Assembly: GCA_002633005.1 (NCBI GenBank)
Contig: NMRA01000264.1
Coordinates: 504,859-568,858, forward strand
Origin: Phoronis australis
Lineage: Eukaryota > Animalia > Phoronida
Direction of reading: 5' to 3'
Length of the DNA stretch: 64,000 nt
The stretch's first letter is position 1, and the number at the start of each line of letters is the position of its first letter. Made by a program: the position numbers and the translations under genes. Below the pieces are notes generated by a model. That model had not been told where the DNA came from. It saw nothing but the letters and a program-made list of their open reading frames with translations, and made no database searches. Shown here in pieces: positions 51,236 through 64,000 of this stretch.

Positions 51236-51962
51236 CAACCACGGGCGTCCTCAGCTTCTGATCGTCCACAATATACTATATATAATACTACAAGGCATGA
51301 CACTCCCGATCAGAAATTCCACGGGTTCTTTACATCTGCCGTCCATATCAAACTCAAAACACAATAAATTTACACAAAACAAAGTTTCAACAAACCAGTA
51401 GCAATTTTTCTTTCTTCTAATGCCGTTCACGGTGTCCTGCTCTAGCGAGATCGCAACAAATTCGAGGTCAAAGCACAAAAATGTTCTCAAAAAGCCAACG
51501 CATCGAGCTTCCTTGGACGGTTCGAGGTCAAGGACGGTACGGAATTATCCGATGAGTGACAGATGGACGGCCTTGGGATACATATAGTATCTTTGCATTT
51601 TTCTTACGTAACTATAAAATCTTTGGAAATGCTTTGGAGTTGTCGATGCCGTGACACTCCGTGACAAATCGGCAATTGCCGTACCGTCCTTGACCTCGAA
51701 CCGTCCAAGGAGGCTCGATGCGTTGGCTTTTTGAAAACCTTTTTGTGCTTTGACCGCGAATTTGTTGCGATTTCGCTGGAGCAGGCCACCGTGAATGGTA
51801 TTAGAAGAAAGGACCTTGTTTTGTATAAATTTATTGAGTTTTGTGTTTGATATGGATGGCTGAAGTGAAGCACCCGTGGAAATTCTGGTCGGGAGTCCGT
51901 GTCATACCTTGTAGTATTATACATGGTGTATTGGGGGATCAAAAGCTGAAGACGTCTGTGAC
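51236..51962. mobile_element. foldback element with about 310-bp diverged inverted arms
   Basis: 51240-51550 is the reverse complement of 51665-51960. Confidence 0.85.
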
Positions 51963-53859
51963 ATCAACCAGTGATAAAACGCGTGCTACTGTAGGATACC
52001 TGCGTGTTCTCTACACTCAGGGAACCAGCGAGCTTAAAAATATTGCTATGGACAAATTGTGGAGCAGTGCGTGAGCCAATTCCAAGTAGGCCTACCCTAG
52101 TAAAGACTATACATCGCCGTCAAGGTTCTTACATATTCCGTTTCAACATGTGCTGCGGAACGGAGTTTCCGCACAACGAACATCCTCAGGGAAACACAAT
52201 GGCTACAACGAGACCTCGGTCTCTTTGGGACATTCCCAGATGAAATGAATTCTCAATAGGATATTGCAGTAGTTTTCCTATGTATGTAGGATAACCTATA
52301 TTTATACACTCTTCTCCAAAACATTTCTAGCAATTATTTTTAAAATGTTCCACTTTCGTATGTGGGGCTATAAAAATAGGATTTACATGATTTTGACAAA
52401 AAAAAAAAACATTTACAAGTTGCATAGGACAAAAACGAGCTTGATTCCGTTAAATATTGTACTATATTATTATCACCCCAGTTTAATTTCTCTCTGTTTC
52501 TCTGTTTCATTATCATAATGGTATTAATGAGAACGGCAATATCTAACTTAAACTCAAGTGGTTAGTGACCGAAGTGTTTACTTAGATGTTTTATGCTTTG
52601 CTTTTGGCAATAATCTTTTTGGAGTCACATAACAAATGAATTGTCTCATGATGTCATTCCAAAACCTGTTGCCTATTGATCAGTTTCACATGTTTTTTAC
52701 TAGATCCTCTTTTGTGATTGGTCCCTCTTCCACTAAGTTTTGTCTGACTCGTGGCTATCCCGATATTTATATCTCAGTCGATAATGTTACCCTCGAGTCC
52801 CGTCACCTTACCCTCCCTCCTTTAAAGTAAGATACGGGTACTTTATGCTGACACTTCTCACGGTCGGGGCCCGCTCAGTTTTATCGTAAAACATGTTTTT
52901 ACAGCTGAAGAAGCAATACTTTTGCCAAGTTGCAAAAAAACAAACGTTTTGAATCACGCATATGTTCTGCAGTCAGTCAGAAGAAACAAGCCACTTATAA
53001 ACCTAACTTAAGTCGAAAGCCTCTCTATCAGCATGCAGGTATTCATTTTATGTTGCACACATGTATGTTCTCAGAAACACTAAGACTTAAATGTCGTAGA
53101 CAATATTAAGTTTAATTCCAAGGCCGCATATGCACGAAAGTTCGCTGGAACATTGAGGTGAGACTCGACTAAATAAGTTCCATGAAAAGCGATACCAGGT
53201 CTGATACTGAGGTTATATGTGTGGTCAATATCGCTGGCATTATGTCTCCTTGCTGCCTAACTCTGATTTGTTTCATCCATGTCGAGGACGTCAAGAAAAG
53301 CATAAACAGCAAGTAAAAACGTTCAGGGTTGTTTTCCGTTGAAGCAAGAATCTCGCGATAGCACAAAATCACCAAGTTTCTAAATATATCACCAAGCGTT
53401 ACGAGCAAAGCACGTGATCACACTAGCTTTTCTCGTGATAGTTTTGGGTCTACGGAACGCAATCGAGGTCTAAAACGTTCAATTTCTAAGGACGTGAGAC
53501 GAGAATTTTCAATGATGGAAATAAAAACGAATGATAAATGCTGATTTTATTTTCCAGTATATTTAACTTATTCAACAGAAACATGATTACAACAGCACGA
53601 ACTTTTGTATAAAGTGATCCTCAAAACCAACAGAAGTAGTTAAACGAATATAAAATCTAATACAAACATCCTTCCAAGTATATATCATGAGATTGGTAAA
53701 TGTTATACCTGATGTCGAATTTCCAAATTTTGAGTTGGCGTTATTCAAGACAAATTAAGAACACAACCAAAACAATTCCTAAGCTTTTGTTATTACATGT
53801 ACACTATTAACGCACAAGGTTACTCAGAGTTCAGTAGGGAAGTCGTGAGAATTCATCAT

Positions 53860-54198
53860 GTCAGAATTCCTTCCTCGCTTCATCGAGTCGTTCTTCTCTG
53901 CTGGCAATCTGCACTGATTTTTCCCTCGTGTAGAAAGTGTAATCTGTAACGCAAACACATCATTTTTTAAAACGAATGATGAAACAAGAACCTGCTATGA
54001 AACAAGAACCTGCTATGAACTCTGTGAAAACATCAACTTTTACTTCACAAGCGCATGTGTTCTTTCAAAGCATAGTCATCGCGTTTGTTTAAGTTGAAAT
54101 GGTTACAGAAAATACCTTACAATTCCCCCGACGTTCTACTGCCCTGGTGACCCCGGCCCCTGGCTTCAAAATAATGACATCCTTCATTTCTTCCCGAG
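53860..54198 (-). CDS. two spliced-looking exons of an unidentified gene end
   Basis: AG/GT-bounded 54122-54198 plus an exon starting at 53943 give an open frame to a stop (TREEMKDVIILKPG..EARKEF*). Frame ambiguous; minus-strand AATAAA near 53548. Confidence 0.3.
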
Positions 54199-57100
54199 TC
54201 TACAACAATTTTTATCTTGGCAAGGAACAAGATGAGACCGATTTTATAACATTGTAAGAAGCCTAATAAGCAAGACGTCGCTTTTTGACAGAAGGCGCGG
54301 GTTTATTGCCCCTTTAATGATATTTTCTAAATGTACGAAGGAGATCACTTGGCACTTTGCAAAACAAACAATAGAACGGTGGCAGCCTCGTTTGTCATTC
54401 ACCCACAAAAGATCACAACCAAAAGCCCGCCAGTCGGGTCTATCTTGATATCTTGAACTAACTTGATGGTTTTCGTGGTATTAGTTATTTTCATGACCCT
54501 ATTATCTTTACAAATAATAACGTTTGCTACACTTTGCTTACCATTGAAATTGTTATCTACGTAGAGTGAGTGAGGATAGCTTAGGCACATCTATGCTTGG
54601 CTGTTTGAGGTTAGGGGGGCTCGAGACATAACTTTCGCCGAAAAACTGGCGTATAATTTCAAACACTTGATGCAGTTCCAGTTCTACGCACCTCCCCCCC
54701 ACTTTACACTTTACACCCTCAGTCGCCACTAATTTCACCCCTGGCCGCTGTCGGTTTCACTCCTCGACCACCGCCGATTATACCGATTACATGTCTTTCC
54801 CGTGTGATCCATTGGATGCTCCGTTGCCCAATACGCCAATAGCAGCATTTTTTTCGTAATATCGGTTCTTAAAAAATTATGCACATGAACGAAATTACTG
54901 CTCACTTTACGTTTGTGAAGGCGGTTTGGTGTAGTCTCTGGCTTCCGGGAAATTGCGCTGCTTAGACTTGCGTATAAGTTGGACTGGAGCCGGTAGGGGT
55001 TGTAGCTGTCCAGTGTCTCCAACTGTTGGGATAGTCACAACTATGGTTACCATTTCCAGATTTAAAGCGGCTATAAACCCAAATTCCGTCTTTTGATTTA
55101 CACCTTTTATCTCTATGAAATTGGTCTCAACTTCCTCCTTCTTCAGGTGAGAATTGGTTTTTTGGACGCATCAAAAACGCTTCGTTATTTTTCTTGGACN
55201 TTTCGTACCTTTCTAATTTTTATAAAAGGTCACAAAAGTTTATGAAAAGGTGAACAAAATGTAGCCTTTTTATGACCTTTTGTGCCATACAAAATCCATT
55301 TTTTCGTGCAGTGGTACTGTTAGCGTGTGACATGACTTCGATCCTAGAAATGGACTTGGTGTGTTTATGTACAGTTATGGCACTTACTTATGTACAACGA
55401 GTGAGCCTTGTTGCCTCAGTTGGTTATTGGGTGGAATTAGCATTGTTGCCTAAGTTGGTTATTGGGTGGAGATTTTTGCAGTTTTCATATGTTCACCTAC
55501 TTATGTGGTAGCTGAGGCATTGGCTATGCCTTTGAGTGTGTTACTTAACTTTAGCGCACAAAAATGTTGTCTTCTGCATTTAGGCAAGATGAAGGGGATA
55601 TCACAGTTAATTCTTTCTCTTGTTGGGGATACTAGATGAAACGAAAATACTGTCCTTGTCTACCGGGATTTTCCGTAGATAAGCCCATAGGCCTGTATTC
55701 GGAAAATCAAAATTTTCAGGCATTTCAGTAACACCAAATAAACGCCTAGGCGTTTATTCGCAAAGGGGGGATGTAAACGGAAAGTCATAGCCTCGGCTAA
55801 TAAGAAAATATCAGAGACTTTTTTGCATAAAACCATGCCTATTAAGTTTACCGGTAAGTTAATAAATACATAGTTACCCAACATTTTGTCCATTTTTATA
55901 TGATAAATGCTCTACAAATTGTGGCTGAAAGTTGACGCCAAGGGCCGCTTTAAGAGGTAATTTTTCGAATAAACGCCCCACTATGTGGACACTTGACACC
56001 AGAAGTTTTAACACCAAATAAACACTCATGGGCGTTTCATCGTGTGGGCTTATCTACGGAGTTTTCTATCATATTAGATTATGTATACGTTTTTGCATTC
56101 TCAAAGTGTATAAACACGTTACTTCATACCAAACAATTTTATTTTGTCCAGCTCCATGCACAAAAAGCAAAGTCTGGAAAGTGGCTTTTTCACTCATTAC
56201 ATCTCTGTTCATTCTTACTGTTACAAGAGACCTCGCATACATGCTCAGTCAGAAACATGTAAACGTTCTTTGTTACGTCGTTTTCGCTTAAGTCGACGCT
56301 CAAAAGCGTATTCTGTCCTGACAGCAATGATCTGTTCATATCACTGCTTTCTATTTTAACTTTGCGGTACAAAATGGATAGTGTGCGGTTGTTTGATCTG
56401 TAGAGAGCACTGTGACCTCAGCTAATTTAGGGAATCTCGGGACAACTGTCATCGAGTAGCCCCACAAATACGCATACTCCGCTGCTTTTTAAAGTTGGAT
56501 TTTGACTTTCTGATTATACGTTCCAATTCTTTCACACTTATGGATAAAATGACATATTTGTAGCTCCGATACCGCAACAACGGACGGTTTGTACTAAACT
56601 ACATATATCGGGACTGAATATTGCTCTGTAAACCTGCACCAAACTTACCTGATTTAAGGACAAGTGAACTGCCTGTAAACTTTCTTCAACTGCTGGCTCA
56701 TTCAAACGGGGCTGTGTCGTATTGGGCAACATCAGCTCGGAAACTGCTACAGGCCGAACGAGCAAGGCACATGTTTGAGATGGCAGGAAGGCGAAATACC
56801 CTAATGGCTTGGCCGCGGCCAGTCCCTTGCTATTGTTGGAAGGTTTGGTTGAGGATTGCTTCAACTGTCCTATCAGAGCAATTTCCTATTGAAACAGCAT
56901 TCAGAAAAAACACTATAAAATTAAGACAAAGGACGTAAGTGGCATGCACCAGGAAACTGTAGAACAGTTTAATCTACACACGTTTAGCTGCCAACGTTGT
57001 ATTTTTAACTGAAGCGTTTGGGGGTTTAAATACACGTACATTTCCATCGCAATTTTAGGGTTGGTTCACCCCAAAAAACTCAGACGCATCTTCTTGCTTT

Positions 57101-57499
57101 ACTGATAATTTAGCTGTTCTTAGAACCCTATGGCGGCAAGGAATATCATGAGATTGACTTTCGTTCTTTAACCAGCTAAACAGGGCGAAGTTCAACTTCC
57201 GGACTATACCTCAATAAATGTTTCTCACTAAATGCCAGAGTTGTCGATAACTTGCTTTGCCTATTGTTTATGATTTCGAATATGAAAAAACAAAACTCGT
57301 TAAATAAATGATCCCAGATAAAAGGAAAATATTTGTTAACCTTTTCTTGTAAACTTTGGCACAAGGCATAGAAGTGTTGCTGGTTACATTCCAACTCGTT
57401 CCAGTCGATCTTCCAGCAACTTGTAGCTGTTACAATGCATGGCTAAGTGAAGCAGAGGCGCATTAGTTACTTACTGTTAATGTAAAAACATTTTGATAA

Positions 57500-58125
57500 T
57501 TTGAATAAATATACGTAAATAAAACAACAAAAATGGATCACTGACAAACCTATTTGCAACACACAATGTAACAAATCCAGATACAAAATGTGTAACTTTA
57601 TCATCCTCAATACTTCCTTCCAGTCTTCTCAAACCAATGAATACTTCGAAATAAAACTGCACCACCAACATTTACCTAATAACAAAATGTTCCATTCAAT
57701 ATGTAGGACAAACTCAACATAATCTCGGTTTCGCAATCATAGATTTAACATAATACATAAAAATATTTCTGATACTATAGATAATCATTTCAATTCCAAA
57801 AACCATAATCTACAAGATCTTTCTGTACAAATAATAGAAAAACTCCAATTTCCCAGTACCCCCCACAGACTCAAAAGAGAACAATTTTGGATAGCTAAGC
57901 TTAACACACTTGAACCCAATAGATTAAACATAAATACTTCTGAAATCATATCCTTAAATTACTTTCTTCCACAACAATTTATCATGTTCATTACGCCAAG
58001 TACCTGATGTCATTTGTTATGTGGTGTTTGATTTTACTTTATTTCTATTTCTGTTGACAAAGATGTTATCATATCCGAAAATTTCAGTGATCCATTTTTG
58101 TTGTTTAATTTACCCATATTTATTC
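57500..58125 (+). mobile_element. Penelope-like element: GIY-YIG remnant with inverted terminal repeat
   Basis: IYLI..QYVGQT..NHFNSKNH..REQFWIAKLNTLEPNRLN; 57505-57545 inverted at 58084-58125. Confidence 0.8.
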
Positions 58126-60342
58126 TACTTTCGACACACAAGTGTATCCTTTAGAGGATCTGGATCGCCTCTTTTAGTTTCAGATTTATTTTCTACATAA
58201 TTTTTGATAATTTGATAACATTTGGTTCAAGAGAGCTTGCTTAACATACTGAAATAAAACGAGGCCCAGGGAACAGTCTCTGAAGGTATTAGACCATATT
58301 CCATACACCGCTCCTTACCCGACATAAACATTGTTGTTGCTTTGTTAGGAAAGTACCAATTGCTTTTTCATGTAAGAATGCATTTTATATAGATACTGGT
58401 GTTGCTATGAGACGAATGGTGGTGAACTATCCATCATTGACAACTTTGTGGAAGGCGGTCTAGAGTTGTTTCAAGAGCTTAAAGTCCTCCACTGCTTCGT
58501 TTCCAAGTAATGCGTTACTTTAAAAAGAACGTTAACTTACTGCTTTGAGATGCATGGCTACTTGAAAACAAATGAAAAATCGAGCTTACCATTCCAAACA
58601 AGACAGATTCACATAGACTGCTTATTGGAACTAAGTGAACGGCTTGTATCCTGTGGATGTCTACGGATAACCCTTGACCTCTTGTATAGGGAGGAGCAGA
58701 AGACTTTAAACAGGTTATGCTTGGCTGGAGGTGCTTAATATAAAGTGAAATGTAAAGTTAGGCCAAGAATGTTGTTGGCTGTGGTCTGATTGACGCAATA
58801 TTATTTCAGTTGTTCACCTATACAAAAAAGAAAATCCACAAGAGACGGTATTTTTTACTGAGCCCTGACCGCTTTCATAGGAGGCGGGGAGAGTTGACGG
58901 CACAACAGCCAAAAGCAAAAATATATCTCGCAAGTCGTAAAAGTCGCGGCCACTATTGCAGTATTTTTCGCCGCTATGACGGCGATGACTTTTACACAGA
59001 CCATCCGCATTAGAATGGGTACATCAAGTCTGCGAAATTTTTCACGTCATCTACATTGTATACATTATAGCTAATTATGAATCGCTTGGCAAATCATAGT
59101 GTTTTAAGCAGACGATATCGTGGTTGAAATTGACATGGGCGGGCGCTTTTTTAAATCAGTGAGCACAAATCTCAATATGAACCGGGGTACAGAGAGGAAC
59201 CAACTATACCTTTTGACCTTATCAAAGTCTATCACAACTTATGCAGAGACACGCCCCATTCTAACATTGTAACAAATCTACAGAGTATCCATCTGAGTAG
59301 CTAGGCATACCAGAATTGTTATTGTGAAGTGACTGAATCGGTTATTCATAGAAATATAGAGATAATTTTCTAACGTGTTACGATTTACGAAAAAAGGAGA
59401 AACCAAACAAAGAGTGGTGATGCTTTTCCTGAGTTTGTTAGTTTGCGAAATAAGTTGGATATCATGCTGTAGAGATTTATTGCAAATGAAGTGTTTGTAT
59501 GCTCGTATGACTGAAACCAAAGCTTTTAACCGTTTTTGAAGGGGCAACTCCCAGAATATACTTACATATTGGCCTGAATGAGGAAGTTGCGCTGGGTTTA
59601 TTAAACAGTCGCGTACATCGCATTTCAAAACGAAGTTTTCACCTGTAAAAAATATTAGAAAAACACCTCGACGTTTGTTTGAAGATTCAGAGAAATGTCA
59701 CTGTGTTCGTTTTACAAACGATATATCTTATAAATGCATTTCCCACGAGGTTGCAGATGTTCTTTTGTGCCAGATCGGACATTGGTTCAACAGTGATTCC
59801 AATACAAGCAGTTAAACATTTGCTGTGCCTGGTGGAGAAAAAGATGTAAGGTTGTGTGGGACCATATTGACAAGTCTATATTGATATAAGTATCTACAAA
59901 ACTATAGATTTTTACTCAGTGAAAGGATATATTTTCCCAATTTAATTAATTTTCTGAAAGTAGAAAGACTTAATAGAAATGTGCCATCACTGGGGTCAAG
60001 CGAGCATGTCTTTTTAGTTTAGTAAAATTTAGTAAAACAAGAAACGTACATTCATAGCAAAGCCACTGTACAGTATCAATATCATGACTAAATTTCGATT
60101 GATATAAAATTCAAGATGAAATCTCAAAAGCGCTATCACAGTTTTTGTGTTATGCAACTATTTGAGTTGTACATGAAGCGCTATATTTGATAGCTTCTCC
60201 TTACAGCGTTTTTGGAAACAGTGCATAAATATGACATCTGCAATTTTCACACGAGTCTGATTAACCATTTGTATGATATAATGTTCCAATTTTAGACCAG
60301 TTAGAACATGGGTATTGTAACAAGGAGTTGTGGCTTAATTTA

Positions 60343-61252
60343 CTCTCCCTCCCTCTCTCTCTCCCTCTCTCTCTCTCTCTCCCTCCCTCTCTCTCTTCCT
60401 CCCTCCCTCTCTCTCTTCCTCCCTCCCTCTCNNNNNNNNNNNNNNNNNNNNNNNNNNNNNNNNNNNNNNNNNNNNNNNNNNNNNNNNNNNNNNNNNNNNN
60501 NNNNNNNNNNNNNNNNNNNNNNNNNNNNNNNNNNNNNNNNNNNNNNNNNNNNNNNNNNNNNNNNNNNNNNNNNNNNNNNNNNNNNNNNNNNNNNNNNNNN
60601 NNNNNNNNNNNNNNNNNNNNNNNNNNNNNNNNNNNNNNNNNNNNNNNNNNNNNNNNNNNNNNNNNNNNNNNNNNNNNNNNNNNNNNNNNNNNNNNNNNNN
60701 NNNNNNNNNNNNNNNNNNNNNNNNNNNNNNNNNNNNNNNNNNNNNNNNNNNNNNNNNNNNNNNNNNNNNNNNNNNNNNNNNNNNNNNNNNNNNNNNNNNN
60801 NNNNNNNNNNNNNNNNNNNNNNNNNNNNNNNNNNNNNNNNNNNNNNNNNNNNNNNNNNNNNNNNNNNNNNNNNNNNNNNNNNNNNNNNNNNNNNNNNNNN
60901 NNNNNNNNNNNNNNNNNNNNNNNNNNNNNNNNNNNNNNNNNNNNNNNNNNNNNNNNNNNNNNNNNNNNNNNNNNNNNNNNNNNNNNNNNNNNNNNNNNNN
61001 NNNNNNNNNNNNNNNNNNNNNNNNNNNNNNNNNNNNNNNNNNNNNNNNNNNNNNNNNNNNNNNNNNNNNNNNNNNNNNNNNNNNNNNNNNNNNNNNNNNN
61101 NNNNNNNNNNNNNNNNNNNNNNNNNNNNNNNNNNNNNNNNNNNNNNNNNNNNNNNNNNNNNNNNNNNNNNNNNNNNNNNNNNNNNNNNNNNNNNNNNNNN
61201 NNNNNNNNNNNCCTCCTTCCATCCCTTCCTTCATCTCTCCCTCCCTCTCACT
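60343..61252. repeat. (CT/CCT)n tract spanning an assembly gap
   Basis: Pyrimidine runs on both sides of the N run 60432-61211. Confidence 0.9.
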
Positions 61253-62399
61253 CTGTTTGTATATGTTTAAACCAAATGGTCAAATCACCTGTGTTGACTG
61301 AAGGGAGCACCAGTCGCAGATTCTCTGTGTCTGTGCTGTAATCCACTAGCCATGACTTAAAGTGGTTCTGTAAGCTCAGCAACTCTGACCAATGAGTTAA
61401 AACATGAAGCAGGTTATTATTACTGACATTTCATAAACGTATGGCATTCCTGACAATAAAGGGAGACAAAAGTCTTTGAATACATGATTGGTGTATGAAT
61501 GAAATTATAAAATGTGCACTATAAGGAAATTGGAAGCAGAAAGAAATGACATTCATGAAAATATAAATATAGATTAGTCCATCTGTTTCATTGTGGTTAT
61601 AAACTTCATGAAACGACTTCTAAAAGCAAAACTCAACCCCAATGATATTCTTTCCACATGACAGTATCAATTTTCAAAGTATAAGGAGTGAGGAACAGAG
61701 AGGGAGGAAGAGGGAGGGTGGCCCGGGGGGGTAGAGAGAGAGAAAAGGAAATGGAGAGGAAGAACGAGAGTCAGACAGAGAAGGAGGGAGGTAGGGCGTA
61801 GGAGGGAGAGTGGGGAAGGAGAATTGGGGGAGGAGGAGGGATAGATTGCGTATGGTTACTTTTTTCGTCGCGTTGCAATAGGAACCAAAACACGACGACA
61901 GCATTTCACCCGCAGTCATGTCTGAAGCATTAATACCTGGTCGCACGTAAATAACGTCTACGTTGCAATCAAAACTTCCCGAGTCAGATCCATCAGACCT
62001 TGCACTTCTCTGGCTGTTGGCCGAATTATCACTGTCGTTGGCTTGGATGCAGACGACCTGTACCTATAATGCACTAGTAATGCTCTGCTAAAGCTGTTAT
62101 GAACTCCCCTTCAGTCAAAAATGACTAAAATTATAGTGAAAGTGGTCACGAGTGCTTCTTATTAGCATTAGAAATGATTTCCGAGATTTAAAAATAGTGA
62201 GTTCGTTTTGAGGAACGTAGCCTAGAGGATATGCTCGTACCTAAAAATTACCTGCGGGTTTAGCAAATTGATTGGGCATGGTTTCGTGTAGGCCTAACGT
62301 TCTTCCCAAGCGCAGAACACTTTTAAATTGAGTAAAGAACTAAGTAAATAACGGTGAGCTGGATAGAGAATAGTGGATGAACTTGTGTTTTGACCGGCT

Positions 62400-63063
62400 G
62401 ATAAATAGAGAATCCTACACCAGTCTCAGGCTTATGACATGGACAAAACCTCTTGGAAATTTCGTCAAAATCCCGAGGCTTACCCGCTCGTGAGCACTGC
62501 TAGACAGTCTAACAGCGTTTCTTGAGTTGGGGCTCGTCTCCGTTTGAATGAACGTGAATATGGAATTCGCCGCCAAAGATGGGTCCGTTTAAGAGGTTGT
62601 TTGCATGTCCTTCCGACTGGGACCTCGTGCACTTGCGACACCCGAGATGTCAATCATAACCTTGTCACCTTCTCGGAATTACGGCATTGTTTGGGTGGTT
62701 CTTTCATTGTTTTGCAGACGATAAAACATGTGCACACCCCAATTGGTGAAGTGGGTAAAAAGGTCCGACTCAGAGAAACAAAGTCCGAGAAAACGAGACA
62801 AAAGTCCACTAAAAAGGCGCATTGGCACAGTTCACAGACCTGAAGGTGGTACCCCGTTTTTTTAGTCCCTTTTTGTAAGCAAAGGTCCACTTTGTCAGAT
62901 ATCCGAGCCCCCCATATTTAAGGCTGGGTGCGCGCATGTAAATGTAAGGCGTATGGATTTCTACTTTGAACTACATTGTGATTTGCCCATGTAATATCAA
63001 AAAATACGTACTCGGTGTTATTAACGAGTCGTGTCGTAAAACATTCCAGGTCATGTGAGAAAT
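62400..63063. mobile_element. second copy of the 29-kb element with a nested MITE (62727-62938)
   Basis: Homology to 29590-29911 is interrupted by CATGTGCACACCC..GGGTGCGCGCATG with taaaa/taaat flanks; a related MITE end starts at 33212. Confidence 0.7.
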
Positions 63064-64000
63064 GCAGTTTCACTACTGTGCGGAGGACAGCACGGCAAAA
63101 GTGAACCAACGGTGATGACCATAGACCAAGGCAGACCTGACACTCTTGGATCGTTGACTTTGACTCTATAGTCCATATCATTTGAGTCTCCACGGCACAA
63201 CAGACGCGGATTCAGGATCATGATCAAAGGGTCTGACAATGGATTAATAAAGACTATATTGAGACTTACATTCTTAGTCCCACTAATAAAGACTATATTG
63301 AGACTCTTAGTCCTACATGCAGCAATACATGTGCGTGACAACGGCGTATAATGAACATTCCGACTTACTTTCAAACTTGCACTGTTTATGGTAGCCAATG
63401 AGTTTTCCACCAATTTTTTTACGCATGATCCACTTCTACACGTTACTATGGTAATCTCAAGTTGACACCAGTACCCAGACGACTGAAAAATATAATGTTT
63501 ATCTCCTATTTTTGTTATTGAAAACCGGAATTGGCCGCGTGTTGACCTTTGTTCAATAGGTAGCATTCAAAAATAAAATCTGCTTTACAATGGAACATGC
63601 AATGTCTCTCAGTTTTGTATCTGTTGTTATAGCGACTTTGAATGCCAGTGGTATAAACCCCATTACTAACTTGAGCTCTAAAATGCGCGATTATTATGTT
63701 AAGACGCAACACATATTCATCCATGTTCTAAACCGATCATCGTACAAAGAACAACATTTCCAAAGTTTTTGACAAGTGTCATTATTTTTTATCTAGTATA
63801 TGTACGATATTAAAACTACTTTGTTGCAGAAACAAACATAATTGGCGGCTGCATGTTTTAAAAAGTTTAGAAGGAGGCTAGGTATACACCAGCCATCAAG
63901 TCGAGTACCACCTGAATGTGTTCTTGTCAGTTGTGTCCATTTGCATCATGCCCGAAGGTATTTAAAACGAACGAATTGTGGGAGAAAATTAACTTGGGGT

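Larger units (their letters stand above)
57344..62065 (-). pseudogene. C-type lectin-like exons, probably degenerate
   Basis: Exons at about 58250-58362 (NWYFPNK..KERCMEY) and 57344-57426 (TSCWKIDWNELECNQQHFYALCQ) join in phase 1 and resemble the CTL C-terminal W-N-x-x-x-C..C motif. Candidate upstream exons near 59.75 kb (ACIGI) and 62.0 kb need frameshifts. Confidence 0.45.

Noticed and set aside
54399-54738. NHL or beta-propeller repeat (YPHSLYVD..IKIDPTG)
   Set aside because: Weak resemblance; an internal GTAAGC donor and upstream stops give no coherent frame.
60308-61341. ORFs of about 300 aa
   Set aside because: Artefact of the N gap and CT repeats.
63051-63566. 171-aa minus-strand ORF
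   Set aside because: No recognisable domain; includes a short local duplication and runs into a repeat terminus.

Overview
Eukaryotic, AT-rich, repeat-rich genomic DNA with N gaps. The transposon spectrum suggests an invertebrate animal, but the species cannot be determined. Most ORFs in the track are spurious; the real genes are spliced. (1) + strand, 3486-24062: a 17-exon ADAM metalloprotease reconstructed by hand with all intron phases consistent (prodomain, furin site, zinc site HEIGHLLNLGHD, disintegrin, Cys-rich). It has no EGF, transmembrane or cytoplasmic part and ends in a GPI-signal-like tail. (2) - strand, about 29918-49399: a multi-exon gene encoding an N-terminal TIR domain, two hydrophobic segments and a C-terminal domain I cannot name; two junctions are unresolved. 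(3) - strand, about 53.8-62.1 kb: spliced-looking but partly degenerate exons including C-type-lectin-like pieces. Introns and intergenic DNA hold many elements: Kolobok-like (TTAA TSD, THAP), CA..TG MITEs with 5-bp TSDs, an IS3EU-like MITE, Academ, ISL2EU/Harbinger-like, Crypton, Penelope and L2/CR1 remnants, tRNA-SINE heads, foldbacks and minisatellites. All calls are from manual reading; no searches were run.
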